A program made the position numbers and the translations under genes. From the NCBI RefSeq assembly GCF_009914755.1, contig NC_060928.1: a DNA stretch of 64,000 bases, one strand, 5' to 3'. Positions 36,801 through 51,271 of this stretch are shown one piece after another; position 1 is the stretch's first letter; the number at the start of each line of letters is the position of its first letter. This stretch comes from the human T2T-CHM13v2.0 reference genome, Homo sapiens. Below the pieces are notes generated by a model. That model saw only the letters and a program-made list of their open reading frames with translations. It did no database searches and was not told the DNA's origin.

Positions 36801-39800
36801 AAAAACCAGAAACAAGCATTCTCAGAAACTTCTTTTTGATGTGTGTACTCAAGTAACAGAGTTGAACCTTCCTTTTGACACAGCAGTTTTGAAACAATCT
36901 TTTTGTAGAATCTGCAAGTGGATATTTGGATAGCTTTGAGGATTTCGTTGGAAACGGGATATCTTCATATAAAATCTAGACAGAAGCATTCTCAGAAACT
37001 TCTTTGTGCTGTATGTCCTCAATTAACAGAGTTGAACCATTGCTTGGATACAGCATTTTGGAAACATTCCTTTAGTAGAATCTGCAAGTTGATATTGAGA
37101 TAGATTTGAAGATTTCGTTGGAAAAGGGAATATCTCCATATAAAATCTAGACGGAAGCATTCTCAGAAACTGCTTTGTGATGTTTCCATTCAAGTCACAG
37201 AGTTGAATATTCCCTTTTATAGAGCACGTTTGAAACACTCTTTCTGCACTATCTGGAAGTGGACATTTCGAGCGCTTTGAGGCCTATGGTGAAAAAGGAA
37301 ATATCTTCCCATAAAAATTAGACAGAAGCATTCTCAGAAACTTGTTTGTGATGTGTGTATTCAACTAACAGAGTTGAACTTTTGTTTTTACAGAGCCGTT
37401 TTAAAACACTCTTTTTGTGGAATCAGAAAGTGGATATTCGGATGGCTCTGAGGATTTCGTTGGAAGCGGGATTACATATAAAATCTAGAGAGAAGCATTC
37501 TCAGGAACTTCTTTGTGATGTTTGCATTGAAGTCACAGAATTGAACATTCACTTTGATAGAGCAGGTTTGAAACACTCATTCTGTAGTATCTGGAAGTGG
37601 ACATTTCAAGCGCTTTCAGGCCTATGGTGAGAAAGGAAATATCTTCGAATAAAAACTAGACAGAAGCATCCTCAGAAACTTATTTGTGATGTGTGTCCTC
37701 AACTAACAGAGTTGAAACTTTGTTTTGATACAGCATTTTGGAAACACTCTTTTTGTAGAATCTGCAGGTGGATATTTGGATAGCTTAGAGGGATTCGTTG
37801 GAAAGGGGATATCTTCATATAAAATCTAGACAGAAGCATTCTCAGAAACTTATTTGTGATGTGTGTCCTCAACTAACAGAGTTGAACCTTGGTTTTGATA
37901 CAGCATTTTGGAAACACTCCTTTTGTAGAATCTGCAGGTGGATATGTGGATAGCTCTGAAGATTTCGTTGGAAACGGGAATTTCTTCATATAAAATCAAA
38001 CAGAAGCATTCTCAGAAACTTCTCAGTGATGTTTGCATTCAGCTCATGGAGTTGAACACTTCCTTTCATAGAGCCGGTTTGAAACACTCTTTCTGCACTA
38101 CCTGGAAGAGGCCATTTCGAGCGCTTTGAGTCCTATGGTGAAAAAGGAAATATCTTCTCATAAAAACCAGAAAGAAGCATTCTCAGAAACTTCTTTGTGT
38201 TGTGTGTACTCATGTAACAGTGTTGAACCATCCTTTTGACAGAGCAGTTTTGAAACACTCTTTTTGTAGAATCTGCAAGTGGATATTTGGATAGCTTTGA
38301 GGATTTCGTTGGAAACGGGATGACATATAATATCTAGACAGAAGCATTCTCAGGAACTTCTTTGTGATGTTTGCATTCAAGTCACAGAATTGAACATTCC
38401 CTTTCATAGAGCAGGTTTGAAACACTCTTTCTCTAGTATCTGGAAGTGGGCATTTCAAGCGCTTTCAGGCCTATGGAGAGAAAGGAAATACCTTCAAATA
38501 AAAACTAGACAGAAGCATTCTCAGAAACTTATTTGTGATGTGTGTCCTCAACTAACAGAGTTGAACCTTTGTTTTGATACAGCATTTTGGAAACACTCCT
38601 TTTGTAGAATCTGCAGGTGGATATTTGGATAACTTTGAAGATTTCGTTGGAAACCGGAATATCTTCATATAAAATCAAGACAGAAGCATTCTCGGAAACA
38701 TCTCTGTGATGTTTGCATTCAACTCAGTAGAGTTGAACACTTCCTTTCATAGAGCCGGTTTGAAACACTCTTTCTGCACTACCTGGAAGCGGACATTTCG
38801 AGCGCTTTGAGGCCTATGGTGAAAAAGGAAATATCTTCTCATAAAAACCAGAAAGAAGCATTCTCAGAAACTTCTTTGTGTTGTGTGTACTCAAGTAACA
38901 GTGTTGAACCTTCCTTTTGACACAGCAGTTTTGAAACACTCTTTTGGTAGAATCTGCAAGTGGATATTTGGATAGCTTTGAGGATTTCGTTGGAAACGGG
39001 TTATCTTCATATAAAATCCAGACAGGAGCATTCTCAGAAACTTCTTTGTGCTGCATGTCCTCAATTCACAGAGCTGAACCTTTGTTTGGATACAGCATTT
39101 TGGAAACATTCCTTTAGTAGAATCTGCAAGTTGATATTTAGATAGCTTTGAAGATTTCGTTGGAAACGGGAATATCTTCATAGAAAATCTAGACGGAAGC
39201 ATTCTCAGAAACTGCTTTGTGATGTTTGCATTCAAGTCACAGAGTTGAATATTCCCTTTTATAGAGTAGGTTTGAAACACTCTTTCGGCACTACCTGGAA
39301 GTGGATATTTCGAGCTCTTTGAGGCCTATGGTTAAAAGGAAATATCTTCCCATAAAAACTAGACAGAAGCCGTCTCAGAAACTTGTTTGTGATGTGTGTA
39401 TTCAACTACCAGAGTTGAACATTTCTGTTACAGAGCAATTTTAAAACACTCTTTTTGTGGAATCTGAAAGTGGATAATTGGATAGCTTTGTGGATTTCGT
39501 TGGAAACGGGATGACGTATAAAATCTAGAGAGAAGCATTCTCAGGAACTTCTTTGTGATGTTTGCATTCAAGTCACAGAATTGAACATTCCTTTTCATAG
39601 TGCAGGTTTGAAACACTCTTTCTGTAGTATCTGGAAGTGGACATTTCAAGCGCTTTCAGGCCTACGGGGAGAAAGGAAATATCTTCAAATAAAAACTAGA
39701 CAGAAGGATTCTCAGAAACTTATTTGTGATGTGTGTCCTAAACGAACACAGTTGAACCTTTGTTTTGATACAGCATTTTGGAAACACTCCTTTTGTAGGA

Positions 39801-42800
39801 TCTGCAGGTGGATATTTGGATAGATTTTAAGATTTCGTTGGAAACGGGAGTTTCTTCATAGAAACTCAAGACAGATGCATTCTCAGAAACATCTCTGTGA
39901 TGTTTGCATTCCACTCATAGAGTTGAAAACTTCCTTTCATAGAGCAGGTTTGAAACACTCTTTTTGTAATATTTGGAAGTGGACATTTGCAGCGCTTTGA
40001 GGCCTATGGTGAAAAAGGAAATATCTTCTCATAAAAACCAGAAACAAGCATTCTCAGAAACTTCTTTTTGATGTGTGTACTCAAGTAACAGAGTTGAACC
40101 TTCCTTTTGACACAGCAGTTTTGAAACAATCTTTTTGTAGAATCTGCAAGTGGATATTTGGATAGCTTTGAGGATTTCGTTGGAAACGGGATATCTTCAT
40201 ATAAAATCTAGACAGAAGCATTCTCAGAAACTTCTTTGTGCTGTATGTCCTCAATTAACAGAGTTGAACCATTGCTTGGATACAGCATTTTGGAAACATT
40301 CCTTTAGTAGAATCTGCAAGTTGATATTGAGATAGATTTGAAGATTTCGTTGGAAAAGGGAATATCTCCATATAAAATCTAGACGGAAGCATTCTCAGAA
40401 ACTGCTTTGTGATGTTTCCATTCAAGTCACAGAGTTGAATATTCCCTTTTATAGAGCACGTTTGAAACACTCTTTCTGCACTATCTGGAAGTGGACATTT
40501 CGAGCGCTTTGAGGCCTATGGTGAAAAAGGAAATATCTTCCCATAAAAATTAGACAGAAGCATTCTCAGAAACTTGTTTGTGATGTGTGTATTCAACTAA
40601 CAGAGTTGAACTTTTGTTTTTACAGAGCCGTTTTAAAACACTCTTTTTGTGGAATCAGAAAGTGGATATTCGGATGGCTCTGAGGATTTCGTTGGAAGCG
40701 GGATTACATATAAAATCTAGAGAGAAGCATTCTCAGGAACTTCTTTGTGATGTTTGCATTGAAGTCACAGAATTGAACATTCACTTTGATAGAGCAGGTT
40801 TGAAACACTCATTCTGTAGTATCTGGAAGTGGACATTTCAAGCGCTTTCAGGCCTATGGTGAAAAAGGAAATATCTTCGAATAAAAACTAGACAGAAGCA
40901 TCCTCAGAAACTTATTTGTGATGTGTGTCCTCAACTAACAGAGTTGAACCTTGGTTTTGATACAGCATTTTGGAAACACTCTTTTTGTAGAATCTGCAGG
41001 TGGATATTTGGATAGCTTAGAGGGATTCGTTGGAAAGGGGATATCTTCATATAAAATCTAGACAGAAGCATTCTCAGAAACTTATTTGTGATGTGTGTCC
41101 TCAACTAACAGAGTTGAACCTTGGTTTTGATACAGCATTTTGGAAACGCTCCTTTTGTAGAATCTGCAGGTGGATATGTGGATAGCTCTGAAGATTTCGT
41201 TGGAAACGGGAATTTCTTCATATAAAATCAAACAGAAGCATTCTCAGAAACTTCTCAGTGATGTTTGCATTCAGCTCATGGAGTTGAACACTTCCTTTCA
41301 TAGAGCCGGTTTGAAACACTCTTTCTGCACTACCTGGAAGAGGACATTTCGAGCGCTTTGAGTCCTATGGTGAAAAAGGAAATATCTTCTCATAAAAACC
41401 AGAAAGAAGCATTCTCAGAAACTTCTTTGTGTTGTGTGTACTCATGTAACAGTGTTGAACCATCCTTTTGACAGAGCAGTTTTGAAACACTCTTTTTGTA
41501 GAATCTGCAAGTGGATATTTGGATAGCTTTGAGGATTTCGTTGGAAACGGGATGACATATAATATCTAGAGAGAAGCATTCTCAGGAACTTCTTTGTGAT
41601 GTTTGCATTCAAGTCACAGAATTGAACATTCCCTTTCATAGAGCAGGTTTGAAACACTCTTTCTCTAGTATCTGGAAGTGGGCATTTCAAGCGCTTTCAG
41701 GCCTATGGAGAGAAAGGAAATACCTTCAAATAAAAACTAGACAGAAGCATTCTCAGAAACTTATTTGTGATGTGTGTCCTCAACTAACAGAGTTGAACCT
41801 TTGTTTTGATACAGCATTTTGGAAACACTCCTTTTGTAGAATCTGCAGGTGGATATTTGGATAACTTTGAAGATTTCGTTGGAAACCGGAATATCTTCAT
41901 ATAAAATCAAGACAGAAGCATTCTCGGAAACATCTCTGTGATGTTTGCATTCAACTCAGTAGAGTTGAACACTTCCTTTCATAGAGCCGGTTTGAAACAC
42001 TCTTTCTGCACTACCTGGAAGCGGACATTTCGAGCGCTTTGAGGCCTATGGTGAAAAAGGAAATATCTTCTCATAAAAACCAGAAAGAAGCATTCTCAGA
42101 AACTTCTTTGTGTTGTGTGTACTCAAGTAACAGTGTTGAACCTTCCTTTTGACACAGCAGTTTTGAAACACTCTTTTGGTAGAATCTGCAAGTGGATATT
42201 TGGATAGCTTTGAGGATTTCGTTGGAAACGGGTTATCTTCATGTAAAATCCAGACAGGAGCATTCTCAGAAACTTCTTTGTGCTGCATGTCCTCAATTCA
42301 CAGAGCTGAACCTTTGTTTGGATACAGCATTTTGGAAACATTCCTTTAGTAGAATCTGCAAGTTGATATTTAGATAGCTTTGAAGATTTCGTTGGAAACG
42401 GGAATATCTTCATAGAAAATCTAGACGGAAGCATTCTCAGAAACTGCTTTGTGATGTTTGCATTCAAGTCACAGAGTTGAATATTCCCTTTTATAGAGTA
42501 GGTTTGAAACACTCTTTCGGCACTACCTGGAAGTGGATATTTCGAGCTCTTTGAGGCCTATGGTTAAAAGGAAATATCTTCCCATAAAAACTAGACAGAA
42601 GCCGTCTCAGAAACTTGTTTGTGATGTGTGTATTCAACTACCAGAGTTGAACATTTCTGTTACAGAGCAATTTTAAAACACTCTTTTTGTGGAATCTGAA
42701 AGTGGATAATTGGATAGCTTTGTGGATTTCGTTGGAAACGGGATGACGTATAAAATCTAGAGAGAAGCATTCTCAGGAACTTCTTTGTGATGTTTGCATT

Positions 42801-45800
42801 CAAGTCACAGAATTGAACATTCCTTTTCATAGTGCAGGTTTGAAACACTCTTTCTGTAGTATCTGGAAGTGGACATTTCAAGCGCTTTCAGGCCTACGGG
42901 GAGAAAGGAAATATCTTCAAATAAAAACTAGACAGAAGGATTCTCAGAAACTTATTTGTGATGTGTGTCCTAAACGAACACAGTTGAACCTTTGTTTTGA
43001 TACAGCATTTTGGAAACACTCCTTTTGTAGGATCTGCAGGTGGATATTTGGATAGATTTTAAGATTTCGTTGGAAACGGGAGTTTCTTCATAGAAACTCA
43101 AGACAGATGCATTCTCAGAAACATCTCTGTGATGTTTGCATTCCACTCATAGAGTTGAAAACTTCCTTTCATAGAGCAGGTTTGAAACACTCTTTTTGTA
43201 ATATTTGGAAGTGGACATTTGCAGCGCTTTGAGGCCTATGGTGAAAAAGGAAATATCTTCTCATAAAAACCAGAAACAAGCATTCTCAGAAACTTCTTTT
43301 TGATGTGTGTACTCAAGTAACAGAGTTGAACCTTCCTTTTGACACAGCAGTTTTGAAACAATCTTTTTGTAGAATCTGCAAGTGGATATTTGGATAGCTT
43401 TGAGGATTTCGTTGGAAACGGGATATCTTCATATAAAATCTAGACAGAAGCATTCTCAGAAACTTCTTTGTGCTGTATGTCCTCAATTAACAGAGTTGAA
43501 CCATTGCTTGGATACAGCATTTTGGAAACATTCCTTGAGTAGAATCTGCAAGTTGATATTTAGATAGATTTGAAGATTTCGTTGGAAAAGGGAATATCTC
43601 CATATAAAATCTAGAGGGAAGCATTCTCAGAAACTGCTTTGTGATGTTTCCATTCAAGTCACAGAGTTGAATATTCCCTTTTATAGAGCACGTTTGAAAC
43701 ACTCTTTCTGCACTATCTGGAAGTGGACATTTCGAGCGCTTTGAGGCCTATGGTGAAAAAGGAAATATCTTCCCATAAAAACTAGACAGAAGCATTCTCA
43801 GAAACTTGTTTGTGATGTGTGTATTCAACTAACAGAGTTGAACTTTTGTTTTTACAGAGCCGTTTTAAAACACTCTTTTTGTGGAATCAGAAAGTGGATA
43901 TTCGGATGGCTCTGAGGATTTCGTTGGAAGCGGGATTACATATAAAATCTAGAGAGAAGCATTCTCAGGAACTTCTTTGTGATGTTTGCATTGAAGTCAC
44001 AGAATTGAACATTCACTTTGATAGAGCAGGTTTGAAACACTCATTCTGTAGTATCTGGAAGTGGACATTTCAAGCGCTTTCAGGCCTATGGTGAGAAAGG
44101 AAATATCTTCGAATAAAAACTAGACAGAAGCATCCTCAGAAACTTATTTGTGATGTGTGTCCTCAACTAACAGAGTTGAAACTTTGTTTTGATACAGCAT
44201 TTTGGAAACACTCTTTTTGTAGAATCTGCAGGTGGATATTTGGATAGCTTAGAGGGATTCGTTGGAAAGGGGATATCTTCATATAAAATCTAGACAGAAG
44301 CATTCTCAGAAACTTATTTGTGATGTGTGTCCTCAACTAACAGAGTTGAACCTTGGTTTTGATACAGCATTTTGGAAACGCTCCTTTTGTAGAATCTGCA
44401 GGTGGATATGTGGATAGCTCTGAAGATTTCGTTGGAAACGGGAATTTCTTCATATAAAATCAAACAGAAGCATTCTCAGAAACTTCTCAGTGATGTTTGC
44501 ATTCAGCTCATGGAGTTGAACACTTCCTTTCATAGAGCCGGTTTGAAACACTCTTTCTGCACTACCTGGAAGAGGACATTTCGAGCGCTTTGAGTCCTAT
44601 GGTGAAAAAGGAAATATCTTCTCATAAAAACCAGAAAGAAGCATTCTCAGAAACTTCTTTGTGTTGTGTGTACTCATGTAACAGTGTTGAACCATCCTTT
44701 TGACAGAGCAGTTTTGAAACACTCTTTTTGTAGAATCTGCAAGTGGATATTTGGATAGCTTTGAGGATTTCGTTGGAAACGGGATGACATATAATATCTA
44801 GAGAGAAGCATTCTCAGGAACTTCTTTGTGATGTTTGCATTCAAGTCACAGAATTGAACATTCCCTTTCATAGAGCAGGTTTGAAACACTCTTTCTCTAG
44901 TATCTGGAAGTGGGCATTTCAAGCGCTTTCAGGCCTATGGAGAGAAAGGAAATACCTTCAAATAAAAACTAGACAGAAGCATTCTCAGAAACTTATTTGT
45001 GATGTGTGTCCTCAACTAACAGAGTTGAACCTTTGTTTTGATACAGCATTTTGGAAACACTCCTTTTGTAGAATCTGCAGGTGGATATTTGGATAACTTT
45101 GAAGATTTCGTTGGAAACCGGAATATCTTCATATAAAATCAAGACAGAAGCATTCTCGGAAACATCTCTGTGATGTTTGCATTCAACTCAGTAGAGTTGA
45201 ACACTTCCTTTCATAGAGCCGGTTTGAAACACTCTTTCTGCACTACCTGGAAGCGGACATTTCGAGCGCTTTGAGGCCTATGGTGAAAAAGGAAATATCT
45301 TCTCATAAAAACCAGAAAGAAGCATTCTCAGAAACTTCTTTGTGTTGTGTGTACTCAAGTAACAGTGTTGAACCTTCCTTTTGACACAGCAGTTTTGAAA
45401 CACTCTTTTGGTAGAATCTGCAAGTGGATATTTGGATAGCTTTGAGGATTTCGTTGGAAACGGGTTATCTTCATGTAAAATCCAGACAGGAGCATTCTCA
45501 GAAACTTCTTTGTGCTGCATGTCCTCAATTCACAGAGCTGAACCTTTGTTTGGATACAGCATTTTGGAAACATTCCTTTAGTAGAATCTGCAAGTTGATA
45601 TTTAGATAGCTTTGAAGATTTCGTTGGAAACGGGAATATCTTCATAGAAAATCTAGACGGAAGCATTCTCAGAAACTGCTTTGTGATGTTTGCATTCAAG
45701 TCACAGAGTTGAATATTCCCTTTTATAGAGTAGGTTTGAAACACTCTTTCGGCACTAGCTGGAAGTGGATATTTCGAGCTCTTTGAGGCCTATGGTTAAA

Positions 45801-48800
45801 AGGAAATATCTTCCCATAAAAACTAGACAGAAGCCGTCTCAGAAACTTGTTTGTGATGTGTGTATTCAACTACCAGAGTTGAACATTTCTGTTACAGAGC
45901 AATTTTAAAACACTCTTTTTGTGGAATCTGAAAGTGGATAATTGGATAGCTTTGTGGATTTCGTTGGAAACGGGATGACGTATAAAATCTAGAGAGAAGC
46001 ATTCTCAGGAACTTCTTTCTGATGTTTGCATTCAAGTCACAGAATTGAACATTCCTTTTCATAGTGCAGGTTTGAAACACTCTTTCTGTAGTATCTGGAA
46101 GTGGACATTTCAAGCGCTTTCAGGCCTACGGGGAGAAAGGAAATATCTTCAAATAAAAACTAGACAGAAGGATTCTCAGAAACTTATTTGTGATGTGTGT
46201 CCTAAACGAACACAGTTGAACCTTTGTTTTGATACAGCATTTTGGAAACACTCCTTTTGTAGGATCTGCAGGTGGATATTTGGATAGATTTTAAGATTTC
46301 GTTGGAAACGGGAATTTCTTCATAGAAACTCAAGACAGATGCATTCTCAGAAACATCTCTGTGATGTTTGCATTCCACTCATAGAGTTGAAAACTTCCTT
46401 TCATAGAGCAGGTTTGAAACACTCTTTTTGTAATATTTGGAAGTGGACATTTGCAGCGCTTCGAGGCCTATGGTGAAAAAGGAAATATCTTCTCATAAAA
46501 ACCAGAAACAAGCATTCTCAGAAACTTCTTTTTGATGTGTGTACTCAAGTAACAGAGTTGAACCTTCCTTTTGACACAGCAGTTTTGAAACAATCTTTTT
46601 GTAGAATCTGCAAGTGGATATTTGGATAGCTTTGAGGATTTCGTTGGAAACGGGATATCTTCATATAAAATCTAGACAGAAGCATTCTCAGAAACTTCTT
46701 TGTGCTGTATGTCCTCAATTAACAGAGTTGAACCATTGCTTGGATACAGCATTTTGGAAACATTCCTTGAGTAGAATCTGCAAGTTGATATTTAGATAGA
46801 TTTGAAGATTTCGTTGGAAAAGGGAATATCTCCATATAAAATCTAGAGGGAAGCATTCTCAGAAACTGCTTTGTGATGTTTCCATTCAAGTCACAGAGTT
46901 GAATATTCCCTTTTATAGAGCACGTTTGAAACACTCTTTCTGCACTATCTGGAAGTGGACATTTCGAGCGCTTTGAGGCCTATGGTGAAAAAGGAAATAT
47001 CTTCCCATAAAAACTAGACAGAAGCATTCTCAGAAACTTGTTTGTGATGTGTGTATTCAACTAACAGAGTTGAACTTTTGTTTTTACAGAGCCGTTTTAA
47101 AACACTCTTTTTGTGGAATCAGAAAGTGGATATTCGGATGGCTCTGAGGATTTCGTTGGAAGCGGGATTACATATAAAATCTAGAGAGAAGCATTCTCAG
47201 GAACTTCTTTGTGATGTTTGCATTGAAGTCACAGAATTGAACATTCACTTTGATAGAGCAGGTTTGAAACACTCATTCTGTAGTATCTGGAAGTGGACAT
47301 TTCAAGCGCTTTCAGGCCTATGGTGAGAAAGGAAATATCTTCGAATAAAAACTAGACAGAAGCATCCTCAGAAACTTATTTGTGATGTGTGTCCTCAACT
47401 AACAGAGTTGAAACTTTGTTTTGATACAGCATTTTGGAAACACTCTTTTTGTAGAATCTGCAGGTGGATATTTGGATAGCTTAGAGGGATTCGTTGGAAA
47501 GGGGATATCTTCATATAAAATCTAGACAGAAGCATTCTCAGAAACTTATTTGTGATGTGTGTCCTCAACTAACAGAGTTGAACCTTGGTTTTGATACAGC
47601 ATTTTGGAAACACTCCTTTTGTAGAATCTGCAGGTGGATATGTGGATAGCTCTGAAGATTTCGTTGGAAACGGGAATTTCTTCATATAAAATCAAACAGA
47701 AGCATTCTCAGAAACTTCTCAGTGATGTTTGCATTCAGCTCATGGAGTTGAACACTTCCTTTCATAGAGCCGGTTTGAAACACTCTTTCTGCACTACCTG
47801 GAAGAGGACATTTCGAGCGCTTTGAGTCCTATGGTGAAAAAGGAAATATCTTCTCATAAAAACCAGAAAGAAGCATTCTCAGAAACTTCTTTGTGTTGTG
47901 TGTACTCATGTAACAGTGTTGAACCATCCTTTTGACAGAGCAGTTTTGAAACACTCTTTTTGTAGAATCTGCAAGTGGATATTTGGATAGCTTTGAGGAT
48001 TTCGTTGGAAACGGGATGACATATAATATCTAGAGAGAAGCATTCTCAGGAACTTCTTTGTGATGTTTGCATTCAAGTCACAGAATTGAACATTCCCTTT
48101 CATAGAGCAGGTTTGAAACACTCTTTCTCTAGTATCTGGAAGTGGGCATTTCAAGCGCTTTCAGGCCTATGGAGAGAAAGGAAATACCTTCAAATAAAAA
48201 CTAGACAGAAGCATTCTCAGAAACTTATTTGTGATGTGTGTCCTCAACTAACAGAGTTGAACCTTTGTTTTGATACAGCATTTTGGAAACACTCCTTTTG
48301 TAGAATCTGCAGGTGGATATTTGGATAACTTTGAAGATTTCGTTGGAAACCGGAATATCTTCATATAAAATCAAGACAGAAGCATTCTCGGAAACATCTC
48401 TGTGATGTTTGCATTCAACTCAGTAGAGTTGAACACTTCCTTTCATAGAGCCGGTTTGAAACACTCTTTCTGCACTACCTGGAAGCGGACATTTCGAGCG
48501 CTTTGAGGCCTATGGTGAAAAAGGAAATATCTTCTCATAAAAACCAGAAAGAAGCATTCTCAGAAACTTCTTTGTGTTGTGTGTACTCAAGTAACAGTGT
48601 TGAACCTTCCTTTTGACACAGCAGTTTTGAAACACTCTTTTGGTAGAATCTGCAAGTGGATATTTGGATAGCTTTGAGGATTTCGTTGGAAACGGGTTAT
48701 CTTCATATAAAATCCAGACAGGAGCATTCTCAGAAACTTCTTTGTGCTGCATGTCCTCAATTCACAGAGCTGAACCTTGGTTTGGATACAGCATTTTGGA

Positions 48801-50256
48801 AACATTCCTTTAGTAGAATCTGCAAGTTGATATTTAGATAGCTTTGAAGATTTCGTTGGAAACGGGAATATCTTCATAGAAAATCTAGACGGAAGCATTC
48901 TCAGAAACTGCTTTGTGATGTTTGCATTCAAGTCACAGAGTTGAATATTCCCTTTTATAGAGTAGGTTTGAAACACTCTTTCGGCACTACCTGGAAGTGG
49001 ATATTTCGAGCTCTTTGAGGCCTATGGTTAAAAGGAAATATCTTCCCATAAAAACTAGACAGAAGCCGTCTCAGAAACTTGTTTGTGATGTGTGTATTCA
49101 ACTAACAGAGTTGAACATTTCTGTTACAGAGCAATTTTAAAACACTCTTTTTGTGGAATCTGAAAGTGGATAATTGGATAGCTTTGTGGATTTCGTTGGA
49201 AACGGGATGACGTATAAAATCTAGAGAGAAGCATTCTCAGGAACTTCTTTGTGATGTTTGCATTCAAGTCACAGAATTGAACATTCCTTTTCATAGTGCA
49301 GGTTTGAAACACTCTTTCTGTAGTATCTGGAAGTGGACATTTCAAGCGCTTTCAGGCCTACGGGGAGAAAGGAAATATCTTCAAATAAAAACTAGACAGA
49401 AGGATTCTCAGAAACTTATTTGTGATGTGTGTCCTAAACGAACACAGTTGAACCTTTGTTTAGATACAGCATTTTGGAAACACTCCTTTTGTAGGATCTG
49501 CAGGTGGATATTTGGATAGATTTTAAGATTTCGTTGGAAACGGGAGTTTCTTCATAGAAACTCAAGACAGATGCATTCTCAGAAACATCTCTGTGATGTT
49601 TGCATTCCACTCATAGAGTTGAAAACTTCCTTTCATAGAGCAGGTTTGAAACACTCTTTTTGTAATATTTGGAAGTGGACATTTGCAGCGCTTTGAGGCC
49701 TATGGTGAAAAAGGAAATATCTTCTCATAAAAACCAGAAACAAGCATTCTCAGAAACTTCTTTTTGATGTGTGTACTCAAGTAACAGAGTTGAACCTTCC
49801 TTTTGACACAGCAGTTTTGAAACAATCTTTTTGTAGAATCTGCAAGTGGATATTTGGATAGCTTTGAGGATTTCGTTGGAAACGGGATATCTTCATATAA
49901 AATCTAGACAGAAGCATTCTCAGAAACTTCTTTGTGCTGTATGTCCTCAATTAACAGAGTTGAACCATTGCTTGGATACAGCATTTTGGAAACATTCCTT
50001 TAGTAGAATCTGCAAGTTGATATTGAGATAGATTTGAAGATTTCGTTGGAAAAGGGAATATCTCCATATAAAATCTAGACGGAAGCATTCTCAGAAACTG
50101 CTTTGTGATGTTTCCATTCAAGTCACAGAGTTGAATATTCCCTTTTATAGAGCACGTTTGAAACACTCTTTCTGCACTATCTGGAAGTGGACATTTCGAG
50201 CGCTTTGAGGCCTATGGTGAAAAAGGAAATATCTTCCCATAAAAATTAGACAGAAG
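30865..50256 (+). repeat. Six tandem canonical 19-mer HORs (longest uninterrupted run)
   Basis: Markers 30891, 34123, 37355, 40587, 43819, 47051, 50283 spaced 3,232. Confidence 0.95.
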
Positions 50257-51271
50257 CATTCTCAGAAACTTGTTTGTGATGTGTGTATTCAACTAACAGA
50301 GTTGAACTTTTGTTTTTACAGAGCCGTTTTAAAACACTCTTTTTGTGGAATCAGAAAGTGGATATTCGGATGGCTCTGAGGATTTCGTTGGAAGCGGGAT
50401 TACATATAAAATCTAGAGAGAAGCATTCTCAGGAACTTCTTTGTGATGTTTGCATTGAAGTCACAGAATTGAACATTCACTTTGATAGAGCAGGTTTGAA
50501 ACACTCATTCTGTAGTATCTGGAAGTGGACATTTCAAGCGCTTTCAGGCCTATGGTGAAAAAGGAAATATCTTCGAATAAAAACTAGACAGAAGCATCCT
50601 CAGAAACTTATTTGTGATGTGTGTCCTCAACTAACAGAGTTGAAACTTTGTTTTGATACAGCATTTTGGAAACACTCCTTTTGTAGAATCTGCAGGTGGA
50701 TATGTGGATAGCTCTGAAGATTTCGTTGGAAACGGGAATTTCTTCATATAAAATCAAACAGAAGCATTCTCAGAAACTTCTCAGTGATGTTTGCATTCAG
50801 CTCATGGAGTTGAACACTTCCTTTCATAGAGCCGGTTTGAAACACTCTTTCTGCACTACCTGGAAGAGGCCATTTCGAGCGCTTTGAGTCCTATGGTGAA
50901 AAAGGAAATATCTTCTCATAAAAACCAGAAAGAAGCATTCTCAGAAACTTCTTTGTGTTGTGTGTACTCATGTAACAGTGTTGAACCATCCTTTTGACAG
51001 AGCAGTTTTGAAACACTCTTTTTGTAGAATCTGCAAGTGGATATTTGGATAGCTTTGAGGATTTCGTTGGAAACGGGATGACATAATATCTAGAGAGAAG
51101 CATTCTCAGGAACTTCTTTGTGCTGTTTGCATTCAAGTCACAGAATTGAACATTCCCTTTCATAGAGCAGATTTGAAACACTCTTTCTCTAGTATCTGGA
51201 AGTGGGCATTTCAAGCGCTTTCAGGCCTATTGAGAGAAAGGAAATACCTTCAAATAAAAACTAGACAGAAG
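50257..51271 (+). repeat. 6-mer structural variant unit #6, 1,015 bp (2-bp deletion in m15)
   Basis: Marker 50283 to 51298 = 1,015; GACATAATATC instead of GACATATAATATC at ~51080-51090. Confidence 0.95.

Noticed and set aside
50891-51214. Unique 107-aa minus-strand ORF
   Set aside because: Created only by the 2-bp deletion fusing two spurious frames.
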